Source of the DNA: Mobula hypostoma
Taxonomy: Eukaryota
NCBI RefSeq assembly: GCF_963921235.1
Contig: NC_086097.1
Span: 105,650,001-105,714,000 of the forward strand
Length of the DNA: 64,000 bases
Direction of reading: 5' to 3'
The notes under the pieces are model-generated. The model saw only the letters and a list, made by a program, of their open reading frames with translations, ran no database searches and was not told the origin of the DNA. The number at the start of each line of letters is the position of its first letter. Position 1 is the stretch's first letter. A program made the position numbers and the translations under genes. Positions 13,478 through 25,503 of the stretch are shown piece by piece.

Positions 13478-13930
13478 GGATGGTAATGGGGACAAGCTCC
13501 CACTACCGATTAAATGCTCCCAATGGTGTGCATCTCAAATAGTCTCTGAAAATGAAGGCCAGCTCCTGGCCTTCACTTATGGCTTAGCTACTAAGCCTGG
13601 TGGAACTGTTTCTACTGATAGGCAGGTCACTGGCACCTTAAAACCAGGTGCTTTGAGGAGAGATGGGGCGCTTCAGCCGTGGTTGGCAGCTCATCTTGGA
13701 GAAGGAAAATTGATCTCAAACCTTTGCTGCCTTGCAGTTATACCCATTCATGGGGAAGGCTGCAGCAACTCCTGCGACGCTGCTGATGCCAAACTGTATT
13801 GGTCTTTTGAATTCATCAGCTGTATCAAGAGGGGAAGCCTGCTACATGGACAACAGCTTTCTCCATGTTGTACTGCCCTGGCCTGCGTATCACGTAGACA
13901 GCTGGGACTGACGGAGGGTCTCAAAGTGAT
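13478..13930 (+). repeat. Interspersed repeat (RTE-related non-autonomous?), second copy at about 62255-62480
   Basis: Both copies share gggatggtaatggggacaagctcccact...aaatgctcccaatgg...gcatctca...cctggcyttcac...ggctt...ctactaagcc. Confidence 0.55.
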
Positions 13931-14620
13931 CTAATTGAAAATGGTATGTGAAAGGCTTGATTATCATATATCTCATGGGCACAATTTCAATATCGCCTTT
14001 GCTGGATTGTGATAATGAACTTTGTTTAAGGAAGAGGGTGCATGTTTGTTCTGAATCTGCAGCAGTGCCTAGCATTGGTGAATATTTTGAAGTGTGCAGT
14101 ATATAATGAGATGCCCACAGTTGGAGGCATTACCAGCATCAGCAAATTCATGTGATGCCTCCAAGTACACATTGAGTCATCTCATTTGGCATATTGTGAG
14201 TAGGGAAAATTGGTAGAAATATAACAGCAATAAATTATACTAGAATAAACTTCATAATGTCTGATAGTTATCAACTCTTGAAGTCTTCTGGCTGGTTACT
14301 GATTTGCTCACTGTAGCCTAGCAGCATAGGCACTGAATCAGAGGTTACTAACACATTAACTTCAGTGTCTACCGTCTCAAGATGATCACGTGCTAGCTTA
14401 AACTCCTAGATCTGCCCTTCTAACCCAGCACCTAGCGCATAACTGTGATAATACTGCTAACAGCCAGCCAGTTTTTTTCCTTTGTCAAAGATATTCTCTG
14501 GATCTTACCCCATACCTTCTCAATATCATGTAAAAGCCATATTTCAGTAGACTCAACATTGATGGTATATTTCATCCAGTTATTTTCATTAATATTATCA
14601 AACTGGAATATTTTATTCTG

Positions 14621-14925
14621 GGTTGGCGTGTGGCCAAGTGGTTAAGGCGTCGGTCTAATGATCTGAAGGTCGCTAGTTCGAGCCTCAGCTGAGGCAACGT
14701 GTTGTGTCCTTGAGCAAGGCACTTAACCACACATTGCTGTGCAACGACACTAGTGCCAAGCTGTACCGGCCCTAGTGCCCTTCCCTTTGACAGCATTGGT
14801 GGCGTGGACAGGGGAGACTTGCAGCATGGGCAACTGCCGGTCTTCCATACAACCTTGCCCAGGCCTGCACCTTGGAAACCTTCCAAGGCGCAAATCCATG
14901 GTCTCACGAGACTAATGGATGCCTA
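14621..14925 (+). mobile_element. tRNA-derived SINE with CORE-like segment
   Basis: A box TGGCCAAGTGG and B box GTTCGAGCC, followed by gtgtccttgagcaaggcacttaacc (CORE-like) and a roughly 200-bp body. Confidence 0.75.
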
Positions 14926-15523
14926 TTTTATTCTGGTTAAAACTAAAACCCTCAGCCCCCCTCCTTTTTTCTGTAGTAGGTTTGATGACTTCGGTCATTG
15001 TTTTAATTTAATCTCATGTAACGCTTAATTTGTATGTACTTCTTATCACTTGGGTTGCGTCAGAATATCGTCGGATTGCAATTGGAATTATCTTCTTAGT
15101 ATTATAATCTGAGTATTGTAGGATAGTAGTTGGAAATACCTCAGGATTGGAATCGAAGTACTATTAGTTTGAAAACAACAGGTTTTTATTTCATTGGATT
15201 GCAATATAAATGTTTTTAAGCACCAGGTTACAATTGGAATGTTTCTTAGGTAGTTCACCTAATGAATTTAATTTGAGTATAATGTTAATTTTGGTGCTAT
15301 TCCAGAATAGCAAAGTCTAATACCATAGTTTTCCTACACTCTTAAACTTCCACTAGGTGGTGTATTAAAACAAGAACTAGGCAATTTCTCAGATAATTTG
15401 AAAAATACCTTCATCTTGCTGAAATTGATTATAATGTTTTTGATCCGGGATTATTCATAAGTCAATGAAGCATAAAAATAGTTGCTTATGGCAGTTTTTT
15501 ATTAAATGCTAAAAGAACAATTA

Positions 15524-15662
15524 CCGGCTGGTGGCGTAGCGGCATCAGCGCTGGACTACGGGGCAAGACGTCCCAAGTTCAAATCCGGCCAGCTCCCTTG
15601 CACACTCTCCATCCATGCCTGGGTTGAGTGTCGAGATAACAACTCGACCTCATTTAAAAAAA
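15524..15662 (+). mobile_element. tRNA-derived SINE
   Basis: ccggctggtggcgtagcggcatcagcgctggact...aagttcaaatccggc...ctgggttgagtgtcgag...caactcgacctc followed by an A-rich tail. Confidence 0.7.
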
Positions 15663-16674
15663 ACCTGCCAGGTTTCAGAAGCCCAAGACATGCTGTATGA
15701 TGAGCATACCAAAAAGCTTGTCATGACAGCACCCCGATGACTCCACCAGGAGTTAAGGGCACGCGTGTGGACAGACAGACAGACACAGACACACGCGGGC
15801 GAAAGCAGAACTTAATAGCAAAGGGAAGGTGAAGACAAAGAAAAGAGACCGATACAACATGGTCTGGTCTTCGAATACCAATTAGCTGAATGCAATAAAT
15901 TCCATTGCTTGAAGCAGTTAATAAGATAGCTCCCATTTGAGTAAATCTGTACCGTCTCTGAAACCAAGAAGTTTCCAGAAAAATACCGAGGAACTGTAGC
16001 CATTATAAAGCCAGTGAGCAGTTACATACATGGGTAATTTATATAAAAATATAAACAAGCATAAGAAAGTTAAACAGCAATTAAAATAACAATTATATAG
16101 TCTCATCTAACAAGAAGTTCAGGTTTGGAAGCTTGTTGATTAGGACCAAGCAGATGATAGTGATGAATCCTGAGCTAAAAATTGATTAAAAGCTGTTGAC
16201 AAGGTGTGCCAAAGTTGAGTAAACGGCCAGTGAGATTGGATCCACTCTAGACCTGTTTTGGTGGTAAGCAAATTGCGACAGGTGCAGTCCTTGGTCTGGA
16301 GTTAATTCTAGTCATGACCAACCACTTCATCATAGTAGACGGGAGTACTTAGCCCCAAAACAGTCAGCTTGAAGTTCAGTAAGTGTGTAAACAAGGAAAC
16401 CCCAAGCTTCCCAAAATGCAGTCACTGTGGTCTTTATGACTGTGGCGAGGAATGCAGCATTGGAGATAGGAACTTTATATTCTCTAGGTTTATTTGCAGA
16501 TTTACCCTTTGTTTTTATCCCTAGTTCTGGCTCATAAAGCCATTGCCTCGTGTTACAGGTTTATAATGGGTTTATAATGTGGTAACCACCTGTCTTGTTC
16601 CTGACCAGACATATCTGGACATAGAAAAGAAAGCAGCCACAACCTGCCAAAGTTGTGAGCAGGCCGGTTTGAAA

Positions 16675-16761
16675 ATGGATAGTGCTGATGAAAATGAGGA
16701 GTGTGTTCCTTTGCTGATCCTTAGAGAGGAGGTGGCTGAAGAGACTGTCAGACCTGATCAG
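16675..16761 (+). CDS. PSEN1: Candidate first coding exon of presenilin (MDSADENEECVPLLILREEVAEETVRPDQ, 29 aa)
   Basis: Strong Kozak context gaaaATGG and donor CAG|gtaggc. Phase 0 matches the next exon. The 87 coding nt equal the length of the human PSEN1 first coding segment, which ends ...TVRSQ (here TVRPDQ). Candidate acceptors upstream end at 16524, 16558 and 16608. Overall sequence similarity is weak, so this is an inference. Confidence 0.65.
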
Positions 16762-17968
16762 GTAGGCTATGGACCGTGCAGAGATGTGAATCCGCAATGT
16801 GTGCAGAGGTCTGTGCCTGATAAAACGGGTGTTTCTCCTCCCTGTTCAGGCAGTTTTGTAACTGCACATCGACATGGAAGTCTGTATCGAAAAAAGAACT
16901 CAGCTGAGAGACTTTATTTTTGTAGAGAATGATAATTTTCCCAGATGGATCTAAATTTAAATGTGAGCCTGAACTCAGCCTATCGGTTATTCGGTGTGTA
17001 GGAGTGGAAGTTGCTCATCATATTTACTTTGTGTTGCTGAAGGGGTTTGTTGTGGTATACTTGTAGAAATAAGTACAATCCAGTCTGCCTTGGTGATTTC
17101 AGCTGAAGCTCTGAGATGTTTAGTGAACAGATGTATCTTTTTAAAGGAGCATAAAAGAAGATGCTGGGGAATAAGCAACAAGCCAAGCAGCATCTGTGGC
17201 AAGTTGCTAACTTTCATCAAAACTCAGTGAGAAGACACCATGCTTCAAGTTGCAGAGATGAAGAAATTGGATGGAATTTCTGTAATGACTCCAATTCTCC
17301 TTCTGTCCCACTCTAAACTCTGCACGTGGTTGTACTTGCTTCGGTTTATCACTTTTGTGTTGATTCTTAATTGCTGGGTTTTGAAGTAATTGTTGCCTGA
17401 TCGGTACCCTATCACATATCTCCTCAACCTCTCTCATCTTTAGGCTTAGAACTGTACAGCACGGAAACGGGCCCTTCAGGCCATCTAGTCTGTGCCAAGT
17501 CATTAATCTGCTTAGTCCCATCAACAAGCATTCAGACCAGAGCCCTCCACACCTCTCCCATCCAGGTACCTATACAAACTTCTCTTAAATGTTGAAATCG
17601 ATCCTGCATGCACCAACTTGCACTGACAGCTCATTCCACACTCTCATCATCCTATGGGTGAAAATGTTCCCGCTCATGTTCCCATAAACTTTACACCTTT
17701 CACCCTTAACCCATGACCTGTAGTTGTAGTCTCACCCAACAAATGCCTGCTTCCATTTACAAACACAAGAAAATCTGCAGATCCAAGCAACACACACAAA
17801 ATGCTGGAGAAACTCAACAGGCCAGGCAGCATCTATGGAAAAGAGTACAGCTGGCATTTTGGGCCGAGACCCTTCGTCGGGCTTGTACTACCCAGTCTGT
17901 ATCCCTCATAATTTTATATCCCTCTATCAAATTTCTCTTCAATCTTCTACCTTCTAGGGAATAAAGTC

Positions 17969-20186
17969 AGAATTGAAAATACACTTGGACTGAGATGTTA
18001 ACTGTCCTGTGCTATCACCAGTGGGATCATCAGTTGATCTGCCACCTGTCTTCAGGAGTTTCAGCCCGCTTATGATCAAGACTCCCTCGAGGTGGTGGGC
18101 CAGCAGTGCTAAAGCACCACCTCCCACTGGTGAGCTTAAAAACTTGGCATCTGCTTCTATCAGACTTGTTGGTCACTTCCATCCAACAGATAGTCTACTC
18201 TTCAGGTGTCTATGCAACTACTGAAGGGTTTGCAAAAGATGGATACACTGTCTGACTATCTGCCCCTCTGGACATACTTGGTCCACACCCATGATGGTCC
18301 TGTCTCTGCTGCCTCAGCTGGTTGACTTGATCTCTCTTCTAGTGAAGTCAAGGTCACGCAGCCACTTCTGGAAAGTGAACGCAATAAAGCCATGGCAACC
18401 TACTTCGAATGGATAGCATGAGACCTTCCACCCTCTGCCTCTGCACTCTGATCTTAATTCTGCATACTTGGTTAACTTGCACTCATGGGCTTCATCGATG
18501 TTGTCTTCCCAGGGAACTGTGAGTTCACCAATAACCACTTCTCTATTGGTGTCAGAGCATATGATTATATTTGGACGCAATGTGGTGAAAGCTATTTGCT
18601 CCAGGAAACTGCCTTTCCCATCCAGGTCAGCCTTGACACACCAATCATTGGCTGAAGAAAGTATGCTTGATTGTGGGCTTGTGCTGTACACCCTTGACTT
18701 GGAGCCTTCTTTCACAATCAATATGCGATGTTCTGTGCAGCAAGGGGCATGAGATGAGTTATGCTGCAGTACTCTCTGCTCAACCGCTTCTGTTACAACT
18801 TTGAGAATGTTGTTATGTCTCCGAGTGTACATGCTGCTGGAAAGATTGACTCTGCATGCACTCAAAATATGTTGAAGTGTTCCCTTCTCGCCACAAGCAG
18901 CACACCTGTCTGTCTTACCTTCATACCAGGTGCTGAGGTTGGCAGGTATTGGAAGCAGGTCATACGCTGCTCTGCATAGAAAAGAAATGCAGAGTGGTTC
19001 CATCTGCCACAGAACATTCCAAGATAGAAGTCGTTGTTCAACACTTTCCCACCTGGTCCAAGCCCCTTGTTTGGCCAGACCAGCTATTTTAGCTAACCTC
19101 TTCTCCTCTTCTACCTCTCGTATTTCTTGCGTTACAAGCTCATGGCGCTCCTTACCTGTAAAAGATGACCACCACTTGTGGGTTGTCCATCCAAGTCCCT
19201 GGAAGCCTAGCTGGGTAGCCCCAACCGTATCTTTGTGCTTCAGTCTAGACTCTGCCTCATCAACTGCTACATGGGCTGACCACTTCCTGCCTGATCTCAC
19301 ATCCGGCTGGGTGTTCTTGATGACAGGGTCTTTTGAATCTCGAAGCATCAAGACTGATCTTACCTTGGCTACCTTGACCTCTTCAACAAGGGATTGTACT
19401 GGGATGGTAAGCTTTGTCTGGCTACTGTAGATTGCAACATTGGTGAGGCTGCTCGGTACTCCAAACCACTTCTTCACATACTTGTTGATCTTCCATTCCA
19501 TTGCCTCAACATGGGACATTGCTACTTCATAGACAGTTAGTGGCCACGTTATCTGTGGCATCAGTCCGTACTGCAAGCCCCACAACTTCAACTTGCCAGG
19601 CAAGCCACACTTGTTGACAGACATCAGACCTCTGCTGATCTGTTCTCCTGTCTGTTGAACCCTCTTGGTGTCTCTCAGCTCCTCTGTGTACCATCGCCTG
19701 AGGCTCTTAGCTGGTTGGTCCTGAATGGATGGAATCTCCTCTCCACAAAGGGTGAAATGAAAGTCAACCAGCTTTCCTCTCCTAAGAACAAGGCTCCTTG
19801 GCTCCTTGACTTCTTGGTTTTGAACTTCATTCTTCCCCAATCCATTAGTTCCTGGAGTCTAGATGGTACACTTTCCACTGCCTCTGTGCTAGGACCCAAA
19901 AGGGTGAGATCGTCCATGAACGCTTGTATTGGTGGTAACTCCCCTCCGCCATCAAGTGCGACACCTGGTCCCACTGATTCTGCAGCCCTCGCAATGACCT
20001 CCATAGCTAACACAAAAAGGATGGGTGAAATCGCACATCCCATTGGGATTCCAACATCCAAGCTCTGCCACCTAGTTGTAAACTATTGAGTGGAAAACCT
20101 CATCCGGAAATCGTTGTAGTACCGCATAACAAAGTTCCTCACCTGAGCAGGAATCCATAGGAATTCCATCGCAAACTCAGGGCATA
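17969..20186 (-). mobile_element. HERO-like non-LTR retrotransposon (RT plus CCHC finger plus restriction-like endonuclease), 5'-truncated, one frameshift
   Basis: ORF 19675..20061 GIPMGCAISPILFVLAME...AFMDDLTLL. ORF 18314..19840 CAACGEKGTLQHILSAC, RHNNIL, RPNIII...ELTVPWE...KLTKY...EVGCHGF. Interrupts a CR1 relic. Confidence 0.85.
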
Positions 20187-23100
20187 TGATCTATTCCACC
20201 ATTCCCTATAAATATAAATTCTCTGTACTCTTTCAATCTGATTTACATCTTTCCTGTACATGGTATAACTGGACACAATATTCCAAATTAGTCTCACCAA
20301 CATCTTAGGCAATTTCAACATAATATTCCAATTCCTGTAATCAGTGTATTGACTTATGAAGGCCAATGTCCCAAAAGCTTTCCCTATCTATCTGTGATGC
20401 CACTTTCAAGGAATTATGGATCTGTATTCCCAGACAACTCTGATACACCACACTCCTTAATGACCTACTGCTCACCGTGCTGGTCCTCCCAAAGTGCAAC
20501 ATTTCATGATTGTCTGCATTAAATTCCATCTGCCGTTTTTCCAGCTGGTCTAGATCCAGCTGAAAGCTTTGACGATCTTCCTCACTATCCACTGCATCCC
20601 CAGTCATGGTGTCATCTGCAAATTTGCTGATCCAGTTTCCCACAGATCATCCAGATTGTTGATATAGATGACAAATAACAACTGATCCAGCATAGATCCC
20701 TTCGGAACAGCAGTAGTCACAGGCCTCCAGTCCTAGAGGCAACCATCTACCACGCTCTGGTTTTGTCCACAATGCCAATGTCTAATCCAGTTCACTGCCT
20801 CATCTTAAATGCCATTTGACTGATCCTTCTTGACCAACGTCCTATGTCAAATGCCTTGCTAAAGACCTTGCCACATTATCCATTGCCTTGCCTTCATCAA
20901 CAGTGGATATGATGGGGTCTTTTAAGAGACATTTAGATAGGTACATGGAGCTTAGTAAAATAGAGGGCTATATAGGTAAGCCTAGTAATTTCTAAGGTAG
21001 AGACATGTTCAGCACAACTTTGTGGGCAGAAGGGCCTGTATTGTGTTGTAGGTTTTCTATGTTCTAACTTCCCTGGTAACTTCCTCAAAAAACTATTAAA
21101 TCGGTTAGACGTGGCTTACCACACATAAAGCCATATTAATTATTCCTATTCAGCCCTGAATATCCGAATACTTGTATATCTGGTCCTTTAAAATACCTTC
21201 TAATAACTTTCCCACCACTGATGTCGTGTTCACTGGCCTATAATTTCCTGGTTTATTCTTAGAACCTTTTGTAAACCACGGAACAACTCTATGTATCCTC
21301 CAATCCTCTGGCACCTCACCCATCGCTAAGAATGTTTTAAAAATCTCTGCTAGGGCCCCTGCAATTTCTGCACTAGCCTCCCACAGAGTCCGAGGGATCA
21401 CCTTGTAAGGTCCAGGGGATTTATCCACCCTAATTTGCCTTAAGACAGCAAACACCTCCTCCTTTATAATCCATATAAGGTCCATGACTTCGCTGCTGCT
21501 TTGCCTCACATCTACAGACTCGGTGTCCATCTCCCCAGTAAATACAGATGCAAAAAATCTGTTTAAGATCTCCCCTGTCCCTTTCGACTCTACACATGGA
21601 TTACCGTTGTGGTCTTCCAGAGGACCATTTTGTCCCTTGCAATCATTTTGCTCATAATATATCTGTCAAAGTCTTTGGGATTTTCCTTTACATTTTCTGC
21701 TGGAGGAAACTTGTGTCTTCTTTTTGCGCTCCGGATTTCTTTAAGTGTTCTCTTGCATTTCTTACACTATTCAAGTATCTCGTTTGTTACCGCCTGCCTA
21801 TACCTGCATCTCCTCCTTTTTCTTAACCAGAGCCTCAGTATCTCTCAAAAACTGAGGGAACCTAAACTTGTTATTCTTGCCTTTTATTCTCACAGCAACA
21901 TATAAAATCTGTACTCTGAAAATTTCACTTTTGAAGGCCTCCCACTTCCCAGATCCTTTCTGATGTCATCCAAATTGGCCTTTCTCCAATTTCGTATCTC
22001 AACCCAAGGACCAGACACATCCTTTTCCAAAATTACCTTGAAATTGATGGCATTATGATCGCTAGATGCAAATTGTTCCCCTGCATAAACTATCATCTGC
22101 CTTGTCTTTTTTCTTTATAGAAGATCCAGTATCACACTCTCTCTAACTGGCACTTCTGTGTACTATGTACTGATTAAAGAAGCTTTCCTGAACATACTTA
22201 ACAGACACTTAACCTTATCAGCCATGTTCCAATAAGGGAGTCCCAGTCAATATGTGGAAAGTTAAGCTCACCTACTATCACAACCTTATGGTTCCCTGAC
22301 TAATAATGCCATCCTTCCCACTCTGTCACATCTAAAACAATGGAACCCCAGAACATTGAACTGCCAGTCCTAGCCTTCCTGAAGCTAAGTGTCACTAATG
22401 GCTACAATGTAATAACTCCACATGCTAATCCATGCCTTAGCTCATCCACCTTTCCTATAATACACTGTGCCTTGAAATATACACAGCTCAGAGCAGTGGT
22501 CCCACCATGCCTGACCTTTTGATTCCTGACTTTGTTTGTAGACTTAACGACCACTTTCTCCACAACCACTCCACTCTCTGTTCTGGTGTTCTGATTCCCA
22601 ACTCTAGTTTAAACCCCCTCGTGCATCACTAGCAAACCTGCCCACTAGGATGTTAGTTCCCCTCCAGTTCAGATGCAAACTGTTCCTTCTGTACAGATCC
22701 CACCTTCCCTGGAAGAGAGCCTAATGATCCAAAAATCTGAAGCCCTCCCTCCTACACCAACACCTTAGCCATGTGTTAAACTGTAATAATCTTTCTATAT
22801 CTGGCCTTGCTAGCACAAGGCCTTGGAAGCAATACTGAAATTACAACCCTGCAGATCCTGTCCTTAACTTACTACTGAACTCTCTGAGCTCACTTTGCAG
22901 GACCTTATCACCCATCCTATTCATGGCGTTGGTGCTGACGTGGACTACGGCCTCTGGCTGCTTGCACTCCCACTTAAGAATGCTGTGGACTCAAACTGAC
23001 ATGTTTCTGACCCTGGCACCTGGGAAGCAACAAACCATTCTGGAATTTCAATCTCGTCAACCTTTCTGTTCCTCTAACCAACCAATCTCCTATCACAGCT

Positions 23101-23460
23101 AGCCTCTTCTTCTCTCCCTCCCCCACCTTTCCTTCTGAGCCACAGAGCCCAAATTATTGCCAGAGACCTTACCATGTGTTTCCTCTGCTAAGTCATCTCC
23201 CCTCCCCCCCCCATACAATATCCAGAGTGTTGTTGAGGGGAATGGCCAAAGGGGTACTCTGCACTGGTTGATTATCCCCTTCCCCCTCCTGATCACCCAG
23301 TTACCAGTGTCCAGCACTTTGGGTGTATCAGCCCTACAGCTTCCTGAATGATCCAGAGTTAATCCAGTTCCAGCTCAACACAGTCTGTTGGAAGCACTTC
23401 TTGTAGATATAGTCATCATGGATACTGGAGCTCCCTGCCTTCCCACATTCTGCAAGAGGA
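20187..23460 (-). mobile_element. Degenerate CR1 LINE (its 3' end continues at about 17440-17968)
   Basis: ORFs 20341..20643 (WISKFADDT), 21150..21530 (KSPGP...GNYRPV...VVGKLLE) and 21890..22096 (SSDHNAINF). Confidence 0.8.
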
Positions 23461-24787
23461 GCATTCTGGTATCCTGAATGGCATTCCCACTGCTCTCAAA
23501 GTGCAATAAGAAAGAAATAAAGAATAAATAACAAAGAAAAAATCTACCTGATGCCTACACCTCTCCGCACCAAAGCCTCAACTCTCCAATCCAACACTAG
23601 CCCACTCACACAATGGCTGCTCCACTTAAACCTAACTTCTTTTTATTGGTCCTTGCCAAGTGCTGAATTATGCTTAAACTCTGTCTAACCCTATGCATTT
23701 CGGTGTCTCCTTGGGACTGTCGCACACAAAATGTTTTCTCGTTTTTCTAGATTTAATGAAGGATCCTTGACCTAAAACATTGATTTTTTTTTTCCAGTGC
23801 AGAGTGAGTTACACATTTTATTCCTTATGAAATAGTTTCTTTGTATTTACTGCACAAAATCCTTTTATGCTCAGTCAAAACCTCTGTTGGATAAACCAGG
23901 ATTTGCATCATCTGCCCTTGTAAGGCCACGTATCATTATTCTGTCTGGAGATATGATCATGAGAGGAAGTGGCTATCTTTTGTATGGACCATAGACTAAC
24001 AGAGATTGGGTTTAAAAGTTACATAGCTTTGAAAGAGGAAGAATTGCATGTGGTGTTCCATTGCTGGTTAAATGACTGAAAACTAGACGAAACAATCTAC
24101 AATGGTACCCACCACCTGACCCTTGTCAGAGGTGAGGGTGACCAGAAAATAGGGAAATGTTTTAATTTGCTTCAGTTGGCTTTAAATATATCCATTGTAA
24201 AATTTTTAATGTTTTTCTACCTTTTAAAATTTACATTTTGAAGCTGTTGCAGGCAGAGGACAAACATACCTAATTGGAACCATGTACGTACAAAAAGAAA
24301 TGAGCAAGCAGCTTAATTAGTTAGGAGTTCTGCAATATTTTCCTTTTTTTAGCTGTTCCAGAGGCAAAAATTACTTGAAAAGCCTTGTGGAAGTTTATAG
24401 AAGCCCTGTTTATCTGAATGCTGTTAAATATGCCGCAAGCATTTCCATAACATTTAAAATTCTTTGATTAAAATAATGCACCTTACAATGAAATAATATT
24501 TTAACTAAATATGCAAAAAGTAAATGCCTATAGTTTTATTGATGACCATCATTACTTGATGTTGGGCAGGTTCAGTTGCTAAGGTTATTGGCTGATAGAG
24601 AACTGAATTGTGTGGAGTAGAATGATCTCGATTTGGTCCTCTGTTTTATTCGGGGAACTAGGGAAAGTGGTCCTTTATCCCAGCTCGTTCACATTGACCA
24701 AGTTTTCCATTTAAGTGAGGCCCATTTTGCCTGCATTTGGCCCATATTTCTCTCATAAAACAGTAGAGGGACTGGTCAGCTGCTATA

Positions 24788-25503
24788 CAGTGCCTTGCAA
24801 AAGTATTCAGACGTCACCCCTTTGTTCACATAAGTGAGTATTACAACCAAGGATTTTGATTAATTTAACTGAGAATCTTTATGAATCAAATGCTCGTTTT
24901 TTCATAGTAGAGCCCAAAAATCAGGGAAAATAGCGAAACATGAAAATCTAAAAATTCAAAAACTGAAATATCAACAGTTCAAAAGTATTCACCCCTTTGT
25001 TCAGTACTTAGTTGAACCATTTCTCACAGCTTTTATAGTCAGTAGTCTTTTTGAATAAGCTTTGCACAGCATGATGGAGTAAGATTTGCCCATTCCTCCT
25101 TGCAAAATTCCTCAAGCTCTGCCAGGTTAATTGAGGTCTCACCAGAGATGTTCAATCGGATTAAGGTCAAGACTGACTGGGCCACTCAAGGACATCAATT
25201 TTCTTCATTTGAAGTCACTCCTTGGTTGCTCTGGCAGTGTGCTTTAGGTCCTTGTACTGCCAAAAGTTGAATTTCCTCCCCAATTTAAGCTTTCTGGCAG
25301 AGGCGAGCAGCTTTTTTATCCAGGATCTTTCTGTATTTAGTAACATTCATCTTCCCATCAGTCCTGACAAAATTTCCAGTCCCTGCTGCTGAAAAGCTCC
25401 CTTACCATACTTTACAGAAGGGAAGGTGTTGCATGGTTGACGCGCAGTATTAGATTTGCACCACCTGTTCCACTTAGTGTTGTGCCCAAAAGTTCCACAT
25501 TAG
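24788..25503 (-). mobile_element. Tc1/mariner DNA transposon fragment (one TIR plus transposase C-terminus)
   Basis: TA-CAGTGCCTTGCAAAAGTATTCA terminus with internal direct repeat aaaagtattcacccc near 24981. The minus strand near 25140-25190 reads LEWPSQS..LNPIEHLW (Tc1 motif, frameshifted). Confidence 0.75.

Noticed and set aside
14621..14695. tRNA gene
   Set aside because: The tRNA-like head continues directly into a SINE body, and no clean acceptor stem or terminator is visible.
1..16500. Presenilin promoter or 5' UTR exons
   Set aside because: No CpG island or supportable exon found; they cannot be located from sequence alone and may lie outside the window.
17760..17885. Additional hammerhead motifs (also about 23750-23785, 32300-32335 and 32757-32792)
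   Set aside because: Penelope-derived, but the catalytic core nucleotides are mutated.
24072..24086. ATG ACT GAA (MTE), like the human PSEN1 start
   Set aside because: In-frame stop after four codons and no suitable donor.
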